A DNA stretch of 64,000 bases from a bacterium (GTDB lineage: Bacteria > Patescibacteriota > UBA1384 > CAILIB01). Numbering within the stretch: position 1 is the stretch's first letter; each line of letters begins with the position of its first letter. Positions 56,501 through 63,612 of the stretch are shown here, in pieces. The stretch lies in contig JBAXRQ010000002.1 in the NCBI GenBank assembly GCA_037131105.1, positions 94,100 to 158,099 of the forward strand, given 5' to 3'. Under the pieces are notes generated by a model, which was given only the letters and a program-made list of their open reading frames with translations, had not been told where the DNA came from and made no database searches. The position numbers were made by a program, and so were the translations under genes.

Positions 56501-57474
56501 CCACCATTACATTCATTGCGTGGTGCTGTTGAGTCGTCATTGGCAGTGAACTCCTTGTTCACCCCACCGGTCTGTAAAATCTGCCCTACGTCGATAAGCT
56601 CATGTCCTGCCCCTCCTTCAGAGGTAGGAGTGACCAGGTAGGTGAGGGTCCTCAGGATGCGGACGTCGGCCTTCGGGGCGTCCCAGCAGTTGTTTACCCA
56701 GGCTACGTCGTCGTAGTAGAGGGGTTTCCAGGCCTTTATGTCCAGGGAGCAGCCCGGGTCACTTTGTTGCTGGGTGTTTCCGTCAGAGTCCTTTATGGCG
56801 ACTCCCTTATCATCTATCTTGACCTTGGTCTCATCGCAGGCATTGCCATCCAGCTTCCGGCACGGCTCGCCTACCAGACCATAATAGTCGAGTGGGTTTT
56901 TGAAGGTTATCTTATTGGTAGGGAGAGTTGCGGCAGTCAGGACGCTCTCGGTGAGGCCACTGATGCCAAGTGGAGAAAGGAGGCGGCTAGCATCCTGATT
57001 ACAGACCCACCACCCCCCATCGTCTGCTGCGCCGACTCGGGCGATTTGGCTTTCGGTATCGGGAGGATAGGTCGGGCCGATATCATCCTTGGTGACGAAG
57101 GTCATTCCCCCATCTGGATCCTCGCTATATTTTAAGTAATCCTGGTACGAGAGCTGGTCGTTCTCATCCAGGACACTAGCACTGTCCGGGCTGCCAGTAT
57201 CATTAAGGCCGCTGATATCGTCAGGGCTTAGCTTACTGTACTCGGTATTTCCGTCGACGTAGTTTGGATCGGCGCTAGCGATGCCCTGGCCAATGGCGTT
57301 GCAGCGCTGCGAGAGCTCGGATTTGGTAAATGCGGTAGAGGTCGGGGCGGCCTGCACGGCAGCTGTCGGCATGGCTGCGGAGAGGAGAGGAACGTACACC
57401 ATTGTCTGGGCCATGACAATGATCAGGGTGGTCTTCGTTCCGCGACGAAATTGAGAGAAGAAAGAGGCCATCAT
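50527..57474 (-). CDS. Giant (2315 aa) secreted/surface protein with an N-terminal signal peptide, long Ser/Thr/Gly/Asn/Gln-rich low-complexity body, and C-terminal hydrophobic (TM) segments.
   Basis: Uninterrupted 6.9-kb ORF. N-terminus MMASFFSQFRRGTKTTLIIVMAQTMVYVPLLSAAMPTAAVQA is signal-like. C-terminal …AAAFLITLAITTVFG…LLVGAIVDLFICPALAPVMLLQFILVNLFGVY… are TM helices. No enzymatic motif recognised. Confidence 0.7.
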   Translation of the reverse strand: MMASFFSQFRRGTKTTLIIVMAQTMVYVPLLSAAMPTAAVQAAPTSTAFTKSELSQRCNAIGQGIASADPNYVDGNTEYSKLSPDDISGLNDTGSPDSASVLDENDQLSYQDYLKYSEDPDGGMTFVTKDDIGPTYPPDTESQIARVGAADDGGWWVCNQDASRLLSPLGISGLTESVLTAATLPTNKITFKNPLDYYGLVGEPCRKLDGNACDETKVKIDDKGVAIKDSDGNTQQQSDPGCSLDIKAWKPLYYDDVAWVNNCWDAPKADVRILRTLTYLVTPTSEGGAGHELIDVGQILQTGGVNKEFTANDDSTAPRNECNGGIFSAHYYDVNPPHGSTCLAKALDIDAIDNIRVTTKITEKKRIGRDKVSYQYTQFPTKVAWQTDEGISQSGGLPNISTVYQGALNAFKGGFDTFLANLDLQTSVNISGITMNNIGDLVKQTGASLLSQLIGGPTGGLKGSDLSSTLDNFGRAYLSQQLGLLPNALVNKGGTITQNVGQSTLEQMLNLPADSVQGSTPAAIQTSIGSRYLEENVFHVTPGTLSPSTGFSLQSAADIAKAIGIGRIEELYNLPPQSLRVSDFSQLLAAGPAAKAIFSNTNADQLDKDLYLTYISPGTSTPSFGVPTAQADFDRPTAKLIGGQKSLSDYFNLVGTRTIQGDIGSFTTTATAADQTETVTRTGTFAGVPFPLVGVTSIAANGLDCTTVLSQFKESNPLDICNQNNLYSLLTTSGTTTIPPLTTVIVPGKPLVVPPEAPAGDPNITALVRAGAFTQAQADTLVPQIKNVVWSNTYHLPPTQTQADRITVLKNTFNTVNDPTPSNWSSGWLTQFQAAQQRLSQLSTTGASTEGYVSSTSTKQAQNALSAIISQLHQLDDGVLGYFDKIGQGGMGASLNLTSTSVTFTPQGQISSVQPGSGDPVATLLKGGLGILKTIGQQVATHALTTDKVAQHQLFNEVNGDGTPYQGDFTSTGVSTLLSTNGLLDSADMDRIFYRKEASQVFDRIGTVELLKGVWGRTDLPLRPDQLQAQSGSGSSTPPDVADPSGDDFYYARYSQLQGLVSNLISSGGLAGATPALSTFKDKSAPNGVEAVRKAIVDIESAILNSAPANESGRQDVMKAAHVIQEAIVGRGLDTPQDGNSQSSLAPQASLSTGNTYGSGSCSAADTLKQAILSGRQTSDASDPVRANALDSQLTNFSEHTADCQLTQSLNLPSGSLTGWLTSGNSSLAGLEMSVGRADASQKSQPINDEDALSFGAKTITERSQQLLTNLISGNSSYDERYKVSTNDLVSLFTGQSQNLLTKIGGKLIDERMDWKSGTAINLADPICGTADSPQTCTAAEASGARFAFMGQMGIQAVASDLGFPAGFDITTPGTFNQNFGNSLLSQGLGLVANSFKGDFKQVVDLNDPGAILTSLGLQDPPSVQAALKILSGISSRVSIDPSQADPKADRILTNYIAKTRKDVISQISDSNSPYWQTSPNSIITNPLVKKDKDSFDTLLHDLTNDGGYVAISDLVNNTKSEYSVNDDDYANQIAGLQSRTSQLNGLYGLGATPGDSLKSFITGQITADVLYTPSTQHQLAQTQANLNANGAPASAQALLAAIQNATGCDLYGYLVGSSSLRSCHAPAGGFGSLSNAFSNINGQALYLGLAQTWSADMESKLQLPAGTITDLVLNPSQAPEIALTIGMQKLASKIFNVADQADIDGFTASFRNAFLSANCDITFGSQSCSLDFNKTAARDLLQDSLNSMINAEIAKLGGGNLPGLIGHVDLQAILSGDVSSLTDIAVQELIGTLNKGLGKLEGVADRIDDFILQYQNLRDSLKDFSLSTAVVEAAGKDALNSYFKDKYPNAPCGSLDNCLNDPGIGPELNAIKEIGKKDFQKSLIQDVKSQMQNAIYDTLLFSVDKNIPAGFIETLTHGTDAERMTMLAQYGINSALAGALGSALTAADIATLKDFAANGFKNASAYADGLKQAAIDAIMAKVGGFVTAKLNELIGAQNTPQFMQAFAGWASSGFSSDVFHNGSGKLGKDGKPVPSMSNLLTQIGQQKLFAFGDKMFGFKPGTAQKLYNVYKAVHTLTTNASQGAKDNAAAFLITLAITTVFGDQLRSLETSLGLVPGSLDLLVGAIVDLFICPALAPVMLLQFILVNLFGVYKVVVVQRATGDGYWPLGAPNPPNAGASLAANNLPQSDFDAKNPVTYAAGVKAVAQQNVHSVLLDLLQMPEKWAGISQTHPNSLWVSQVFSHPAGDLGSLEGYLSEPAPWQQDGSYGYGALTDRANTNAVQEKNGYKYYTPITDYRAGFFPDSSFWDRIHVRW

Positions 57475-58547
57475 AGGAAGGATTTGTTGACCAATAGGTC
57501 GTGGCCGCCGCCGTTTTTGCCACCACCCTGCTTCCCAAGGGTGCTAAATACGAAGTCGGCGGTTAAAACGTGTTTAAAGCGCCCAGTATTAGCATTCTTT
57601 ATGCTTCCGGCCGGCCAGGTGATTGGGTTGTTGACGTAGAGGCTCTTGTTGGCGGGATTGTATCCGGTCACCACTACGACGTGCACGGTGCCATAAAACG
57701 TTCCCCTCGTATAGATGTTGAAGGGATAGCCTCCGTTGATCGATTTCACGGCTAAATTGTAGAGCTGGTTAGCGCTACTTGCTGAGGCAAAGTCATAGTT
57801 AGCGCTCTTTCCGTATTGCCTGGCTACGGCATTTACATAGGAGGGGCTTGATACTGCGTTGAAAACTTCCCCATCTGGGTGCGCGCTAGTCAAGTGGCCC
57901 TTGGTGATTTCGACATGGTTTGATAAGGGGGTTCTGGAGTGATCCCCATGCGCCAGATACATCATGATCATCAAGGCCGAGGTCATAGCGCACCAGTTAT
58001 GTCCACCCTGGATCAGGAGAGGAACGTCTAGGCAAGTACCACCTTGGTCACAGGCCGTGGCTCCCCCAGGAAGGAGCTGATTGAGAGTCTTGCTATCAGC
58101 GATGAACTGTTTGGCGGCAGTCGTGCGCTTGTTCTTGCTGACCGTATCTATCGCCCCTATGGTCTGGCGCACAATGTCGATTTCCCCGACCATTCTATCT
58201 ATAAGAGGGATGAGCTCCGTGGAAGTGATGTTGGCATAGCCGGGCTTCTTCCCCTGGATATTACCCTTGATTGTCTGGAGGCGTGCCTTGAGGGCGTCGA
58301 GCTGGGCGGCATTTGCCAGGAGGAACTTGCCAGGGTCATTGTAGAGGGCCAGCTCTGACATGAGCTGAGCAATTGCAGGATCGGAGGGATCTGCCGGCTG
58401 CACGGCGGTATCACCAGTAGGACAGGGACCGGTACAGGTGTTTCCCGATCCAAAAGAGGCCGCCGCCAATAGAAAAAGCGTAGCCAGCATGATGCCGAGC
58501 ATGATGTAGATGTTGGCGCCTCCCCCCTTCTTTTCTGGTTCAGCCAC
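57471..58547 (-). CDS. Membrane-anchored C39-like (papain-fold, Peptidase_C39_2-type) cysteine peptidase domain protein.
   Basis: N-terminal TM (IYIMLGIMLATLFLLAAASF). …QGGHNWCAMTSALMIMMYL… (Cys) and …YGTVHVVVVTGYN… (His) spacing fits the C39-like fold. By eye only. Confidence 0.45.
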   Translation of the reverse strand: MAEPEKKGGGANIYIMLGIMLATLFLLAAASFGSGNTCTGPCPTGDTAVQPADPSDPAIAQLMSELALYNDPGKFLLANAAQLDALKARLQTIKGNIQGKKPGYANITSTELIPLIDRMVGEIDIVRQTIGAIDTVSKNKRTTAAKQFIADSKTLNQLLPGGATACDQGGTCLDVPLLIQGGHNWCAMTSALMIMMYLAHGDHSRTPLSNHVEITKGHLTSAHPDGEVFNAVSSPSYVNAVARQYGKSANYDFASASSANQLYNLAVKSINGGYPFNIYTRGTFYGTVHVVVVTGYNPANKSLYVNNPITWPAGSIKNANTGRFKHVLTADFVFSTLGKQGGGKNGGGHDLLVNKSFL

Positions 58548-58575
58548 GGTCCCCTCCCTTAGCTTGTTTGGTGTG

Positions 58576-59883
58576 CTATAAGGCTAATCCAACGGTATAC
58601 AGTGAACTATCGGTGTAGAATATCAGCGTCTTGCTTGTTCCGAAATAGAACATGCCCTTGATCGATAGCTGGGTCGGGAAGGCAAATACCACTTCCTTGC
58701 TGGTGCCGTCGATGCCATATGAGGTAATGGCGTTACTGTTCTGACTGGGGAGGTAAAAGCCGCTACTACCCTTCCAGGCTGCTTGGGCGACCTTGCCTGC
58801 CACATTCAGCTGTTTCTGCCCACTCCCATCCGGCTTCATGGTACCGAGAACGCTGATTCCTGCCGACTGACTCTCATAGAGAATTATACCACTGTCGGGA
58901 GAGAAAGAGGCATCGAGGATGGAGCCGCCAGTCGTCAGCTGCTTCAGGGTGCCATCCGCCGTGGTGTACACCCAAAGATTCTCAAGTCCTGGGTCGCTGG
59001 AACGAGCTACTAGAAGTATATAGGCGTCATTGGGAGACCAAATCAGTTTAGGATTGGGAATGGCACTGAGGTCTGCCTTGCGGTCCATCTTGGTAAGGCG
59101 CTTATCGCTAAATACCAATGAGCGCTCGCCCCCGGCGGTAAAGTAGGCGAAGGCCAACCGCTCGGGGTTCAGGGGGTCCCAGATGGGTGAGATTATCTCG
59201 GGGCCGCCCAGTTTGACCAGGGTTTGGGTAGTAAAGTTAAACGTAGGAATTTCTCTAAGGTAGACCCCGTCAGCTTCGGTGATGAGGGCGACATCAGGCT
59301 GACTTGACCACTGGACATCACTTACTCCATGCAGATTAGTGGTAGTGAGCGGCACACGGATCTGGCTGCTGATGTTCATTCGGTAAATGGTCTTGCGGTT
59401 GTCTCCCAGGTAGAAGACTGATTTTTCGTCAACAGAAGGCCTCACGTAGTCGACGGTGGCCACCTCTGACTGCTTGCTGGTGGGCTGGAAGGCGTAGGCC
59501 GGACGTACCTGGAGACTCTGCCCCCTGCCCAGTAGGATGTCCTGCACAAAGGGAAGGTAGTGGGTCTTGGCGATCTGCAGCCGGTAGCTCCCAGCGAATA
59601 CGGTGATCTCGTAGCCCTTGTTGGTGAGCTTGGTTGGTGCCTTCTGGCCGTTCAGGGTAATGGTGATATCCTTGCTGGTGTCGAGAATGAGAATGGTACT
59701 GCGACCGCTGGTATACAGGTATAGCCCCAGTAATGACAGGATGAACGCGGCTATGACGGCCGTAATCCCCCAGCTGCGTAGCTTCTTGCGGCGGATATCC
59801 TTAGTAAAAGGACTTGAAGATACAGGGGGTACCTTGCCCGTACTGGGCTTGTTGGGTGCGATAATAGGTGGCGGTGTCTCCAC
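58576..59883 (-). CDS. Bitopic membrane protein with a TolB-like (PD40/WD40-like) beta-propeller ectodomain.
   Basis: N-terminal TM (ITAVIAAFILSLLGLYLY). Repeated …WSP(N/D)…Y…… / …SFSPDSGIILYES… blocks typical of PD40 blades. Confidence 0.5.
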   Translation of the reverse strand: METPPPIIAPNKPSTGKVPPVSSSPFTKDIRRKKLRSWGITAVIAAFILSLLGLYLYTSGRSTILILDTSKDITITLNGQKAPTKLTNKGYEITVFAGSYRLQIAKTHYLPFVQDILLGRGQSLQVRPAYAFQPTSKQSEVATVDYVRPSVDEKSVFYLGDNRKTIYRMNISSQIRVPLTTTNLHGVSDVQWSSQPDVALITEADGVYLREIPTFNFTTQTLVKLGGPEIISPIWDPLNPERLAFAYFTAGGERSLVFSDKRLTKMDRKADLSAIPNPKLIWSPNDAYILLVARSSDPGLENLWVYTTADGTLKQLTTGGSILDASFSPDSGIILYESQSAGISVLGTMKPDGSGQKQLNVAGKVAQAAWKGSSGFYLPSQNSNAITSYGIDGTSKEVVFAFPTQLSIKGMFYFGTSKTLIFYTDSSLYTVGLAL

Positions 59884-59886
59884 GGG

Positions 59887-60393
59887 CTACTTTTTCGGAA
59901 CTGCAGGGGCGGCCGGCTTCGGAGTAGGTGCGGCCACTGGGAAGGCGCTGCCTTGGAGAGTAACGCTATTGGCTATCTGGTGCAGGATAAAGCTGACCGA
60001 GGCGAAGACTATGCCGCCTATGACTATTCCGATGATCCGCTGCTTAGCCTTCTTGGACTGCTCTGGTGAGACGCCTCCGAACATATACTGGACGCCAGAA
60101 AAGGCGATGGCGATGACTGCCACGAACAGAACCAGTGGAGAGATCTGCCTAATGATCTGGTCCATATACTGTGGGAAGGTGGTATTGTTCGTACAGCCAC
60201 TGACCAGGACCCCCTGGAAGCAGGGCTGGGAGGTGGGCTGGGGCGGTAGAAGGGATCCGACCGGACCCCCCACAACAGGAGTAGTCCCAGCAGCATAGAC
60301 ATGGGTCACACTTAATACGGCCAAAGCGTAGAATGAAGCGGCAAGTCCTACGAGGCGGGAGGCAGATCTATGGGTCATAGACTCATGATACAC
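59887..60393 (-). CDS. Small membrane protein with VirB2/TrbC-pilin-like architecture (signal peptide plus two hydrophobic helices).
   Basis: 168 aa. Signal-like N-terminus; two hydrophobic segments (ISPLVLFVAVIAIAFSGVQYMFGG … IIGIVIGGIVFASVSFIL) separated by a short polar loop; Pro/Ala-rich C-terminal tail. Architecture only, no sequence-level proof. Confidence 0.4.
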   Translation of the reverse strand: MYHESMTHRSASRLVGLAASFYALAVLSVTHVYAAGTTPVVGGPVGSLLPPQPTSQPCFQGVLVSGCTNNTTFPQYMDQIIRQISPLVLFVAVIAIAFSGVQYMFGGVSPEQSKKAKQRIIGIVIGGIVFASVSFILHQIANSVTLQGSAFPVAAPTPKPAAPAVPKK

Positions 60394-60418
60394 CTACGCC
60401 CCGACTGCTGAACAGGCT

Positions 60419-61492
60419 TTAGAGCGAAAGCGTGTAGAGTGTTGCATTGGTGAGAATCAAGACGCTGTCACCAAAGGGTAGTATCTGGTCTATGTTCTGA
60501 ATATAGGGCCCGTCAACTGAGTGGGTTGAAGTAACGGACCCACCTTCTGAAAGACTAACCATGATTACCTCGTCTCCGGCAGGAGAGGCTGCCACTAGTA
60601 GCTGGGAACCCACCCATGCCTGGGTCTGTCCGCACGCAGTAGTAGTATCGGTTACCTTGGAAGAGTACAGGCTAATCACTGATGCTGAATCAACTTGATG
60701 CTGAAATGCCAGGGTGCCTTCTGCTGACCACCCGATGAGGCCGGTAATAGCGGCGGCCACGTTTTTTTTGACAGTGCCGTTGGCCTCGATAATGGTGAGG
60801 CTGCTCTGGTCTCCGTCAGAGGATTGGTCGCTCACCATGAGGGCAATTCGCCCGTCTTTTTGTGAAATGACCATCTGATCAACCTGTCCTGTAATCTTGG
60901 AAAGGTTGAGGTTTCCTCCTCCCGGAGTCAGTGCGATTAGTTGGGTTGTGGCGCCATCCACGCTGCCCACTGCGTACACTACCTGCCCACTCATGCTCCA
61001 GGCACCTGAGGAGCCCGGAATGTCAGTAAGGGTGCCACTGGCGGCATTGAGAAGCTTCAGTGTCTTGGAATCGTCATCACTTTCGCCGGCGTATGAAAGC
61101 AGGGCGGTCTTTGAGTCTGGCGACCATTGGATCTGCCGGGGGGTAGGGTCAAGTGTGGTGATGGTGGTTACAGCCTTAGTTGCGGCTGAATATTCCTTGA
61201 GATTGCCGTCGCTGTCCAGATATCGAACCACTTGACCACCACTGACTGGGCTAGCCCGGTCTACGGTGTTGGCATCGACTGCTATGGCCACAGGAGTGGC
61301 AACCGGGAAGGGAGTTGGTACAACGCCGGGGGTACCTTGGCTGCTAGTAGCTGTCACGCCGGTATTCCCGGTTGATGTTGTGGCATGTCTCTTGGAAAAA
61401 TAGAGCGAAAGCAGGGCTCCTACTCCGAGTACAACAACCACGGCGGCGAGAATGAGGGTTGGCTTGGGGGTGCGTAGGTTCATGGTTACCAC
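60419..61492 (-). CDS. Second bitopic membrane protein with a TolB-like beta-propeller ectodomain.
   Basis: N-terminal TM (LILAAVVVVLGVGALLSLYF). Repeated …WSPDSKTALLSY…, …G(T/S)L(T/K)…, and …DG(R/A)…A(L/M)… blade-like blocks. Confidence 0.5.
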   Translation of the reverse strand: MVTMNLRTPKPTLILAAVVVVLGVGALLSLYFSKRHATTSTGNTGVTATSSQGTPGVVPTPFPVATPVAIAVDANTVDRASPVSGGQVVRYLDSDGNLKEYSAATKAVTTITTLDPTPRQIQWSPDSKTALLSYAGESDDDSKTLKLLNAASGTLTDIPGSSGAWSMSGQVVYAVGSVDGATTQLIALTPGGGNLNLSKITGQVDQMVISQKDGRIALMVSDQSSDGDQSSLTIIEANGTVKKNVAAAITGLIGWSAEGTLAFQHQVDSASVISLYSSKVTDTTTACGQTQAWVGSQLLVAASPAGDEVIMVSLSEGGSVTSTHSVDGPYIQNIDQILPFGDSVLILTNATLYTLSL

Positions 61493-63603
61493 TTACCGGT
61501 AGTACCGACTTTTGATTTAAGGGTCGCACAGGTCTGCTCTTCTCCAGCGTTATTGATGCCCAGCGGACCAAGCACAGCGTGCATGAAGGGAATGCCTGGA
61601 TCGGTACGGTGGAACTTCTGTTCTGCACCGGTCTGAATCACCCTACAGTCGGCGATCATGTGAGAGATGACGTCACCTGAAGGGATGCCGTATTTCTGCT
61701 GGAGGTACTTGACTAGCTTGGTGTTTGAAGCCACCTGTGCCGAGGTGAAGTTATGGCCCGCCCTTCCGTTTTCGAAGTCGCCCTCATTTTCCACCGATAT
61801 GGTGACTCCTCCGTTGGCCACGTTGTAGTGAGAGACACCCGCGGTTTGTTTTGTCTCTGGTAAGAACTGGTAGATGGTACCGTCCTTACCTACTACGAAC
61901 TGGACATATTTTTGTCCGTCGCCAGAAACTTTCATCGAGTTGTTGAACTGATCCCAGGCCTGCTGGACGGTCTCGTCAGGGTCTGTACTGTGGTCGCCGT
62001 AGGTGGAAAGGTAATGCAGAGCGATCACCTTAGGCATGGCGTAGTTGTGGTTGATGTTGGGATTTGTCTCTGTAGCGGCAGTGAGTGGCTTCTGGGTGCA
62101 GAACGTACAGATGCCCTTGTCTGCAGGTATGGACGTAACCAGTCCGGTCGATCCGGTTGAGGGAGGCCCAGTCAGTGCTACTGGACCGAGAGGCGTGTTT
62201 TGGTCTTTGACGATGGCGACAGTAACCCGGTTGTCGTTATCCTTGGGGGTTCTGTCAGCGTTAATGCCGTCCTGTTTGTCGTAACCCTTGCCGGGATTAG
62301 TCAGTCCGAGGGCATAGAATACCTCTGTAGTGGCACCGGCGCCGATCCCGTTTCGGCGTACTACATAGGAGTTAGGTCCGCAGTCGTCGATGCTGACGAC
62401 TACGCTCTTGTGGGTCTCTACGCTGGTAACCAGGAGCTTCTTTTTCCCCCAGGCATGACTGTAACCTCCATGACAGCCATCCAAATTCTTGTCGTATGCC
62501 CAGGGCTCGTTGAATAACCAGCGTTCCTGTTCAGGTGTCATCTTGCCAAAGGAGGCGCCCTGCCCACGATTCTTGGTATCGGTAGTGGGGTAGATCTTGC
62601 CAGAGTCTACTCCGGCATAATGGGTGCCAGTGATCATTTTATCCGCCATATGACTCTCATGTCCTAACTTGGTATCTGGAAATGGGAGGACCAGGCCGTC
62701 CAGGCTGGCTACTGTCTCTACGTTCGCAGTACCGTTAACACCCACAGCAGTGGGTGTGTCGCCGAAGGCTATGGAGGAGAGGGAGATAATCAGAACCACT
62801 ACAAGGATAATAATAAACAACACAGAGCTGATTGCTATTATCAGGATATCCCTCCTATGCTTGACTGCCCATTTTGTAGCTATTTCTCCTGCAACACCTG
62901 TTCCTGTGGCTGCCCCCACAGCCTTGGCGCCGGCATCTACTGCCATGTCCTTTACCTGGGATTTAGCATTTCCCCCTGTTGTCGCATGGGCTAGGGGGTT
63001 GCTGCTGAGGCTACTTGAGGAGGCAGCCGCAGACCCGGCCAGGCTTGCGGTAGTCCCAGACTTTTCACCCGCAGCTTTTCCAGCCACAGATGCAGCTCCG
63101 CCTCCGGCTTTTCCGGTCTGATTGGCCGGATTGGCGGTGAGCTGATATCCACCACTGCCGCCGGTGGTAATGTTGGCTTTGGGCTGGGGGCCGCCGCTTA
63201 GGTTGCCTGGGCCGGGCAGGGCGGCTCCAGCAGGAGAGACGTTCTGAGCGGCCACGGCATCAGGTGCTACGCCGGCCTCAGTCCGGCGTATGCTTTGAGG
63301 GTTCGCAATGGTCTGGTCAGGTCCCAGGCTCTGGTTATAGTAGGCAGTTGGATTAGGGGTTGTCCCACTGGTCTGGGTGGTCTCAGGAGCCTGGGCAGAG
63401 CCACTAGTCGCGGTGGTATCGGCGGGAGTACTGGAGGTAGAAGCTGTAGTCTCAGTGGTCCGAGGAGCCTCTCCCCCCTGGCTCTGGGTGACTGGTTCAG
63501 TGAAACTAGGCTCGGCAAGCTCCTGCTCACCAAGCTCCTGCTCGGACTCCTCGTCTAAGAGCCCGGCTAGCTCTTCCCCAGTGTCGACCTCTTCTACAGG
63601 CAT
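61486..63603 (-). CDS. T4SS-associated cell-wall hydrolase: disordered acidic/Ser-Thr-rich N-terminus, single TM, RlpA/3D-type double-psi beta-barrel (lytic transglycosylase-like) domain and a C-terminal Amidase_2 (PGRP-type N-acetylmuramoyl-L-alanine amidase) domain.
   Basis: TM ILIIAISSVLFIIILVVVLIISL. …GYSHAWGKKKLLVTSVETHKSVVVSIDDCGP… resembles the DPBB of RlpA/3D domains (…VvVrvnDrGP). …AGVSHYNVANGGVTISVENEGDF…HMIADCRVIQTGAEQKFHRTDPG resembles Amidase_2 (sYHy…iGIE…H.d…k.CPG). Confidence 0.6.
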   Translation of the reverse strand: MPVEEVDTGEELAGLLDEESEQELGEQELAEPSFTEPVTQSQGGEAPRTTETTASTSSTPADTTATSGSAQAPETTQTSGTTPNPTAYYNQSLGPDQTIANPQSIRRTEAGVAPDAVAAQNVSPAGAALPGPGNLSGGPQPKANITTGGSGGYQLTANPANQTGKAGGGAASVAGKAAGEKSGTTASLAGSAAASSSSLSSNPLAHATTGGNAKSQVKDMAVDAGAKAVGAATGTGVAGEIATKWAVKHRRDILIIAISSVLFIIILVVVLIISLSSIAFGDTPTAVGVNGTANVETVASLDGLVLPFPDTKLGHESHMADKMITGTHYAGVDSGKIYPTTDTKNRGQGASFGKMTPEQERWLFNEPWAYDKNLDGCHGGYSHAWGKKKLLVTSVETHKSVVVSIDDCGPNSYVVRRNGIGAGATTEVFYALGLTNPGKGYDKQDGINADRTPKDNDNRVTVAIVKDQNTPLGPVALTGPPSTGSTGLVTSIPADKGICTFCTQKPLTAATETNPNINHNYAMPKVIALHYLSTYGDHSTDPDETVQQAWDQFNNSMKVSGDGQKYVQFVVGKDGTIYQFLPETKQTAGVSHYNVANGGVTISVENEGDFENGRAGHNFTSAQVASNTKLVKYLQQKYGIPSGDVISHMIADCRVIQTGAEQKFHRTDPGIPFMHAVLGPLGINNAGEEQTCATLKSKVGTTGKW

Positions 63604-63612
63604 GCTTCGTGC

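Noticed and set aside
50839-57135. Numerous 60-190-aa plus-strand ORFs inside the giant-protein gene.
   Set aside because: All are antisense to a single uninterrupted 6.9-kb minus-strand ORF with signal peptide and C-terminal TM. Typical shadow ORFs in GC-rich sequence.
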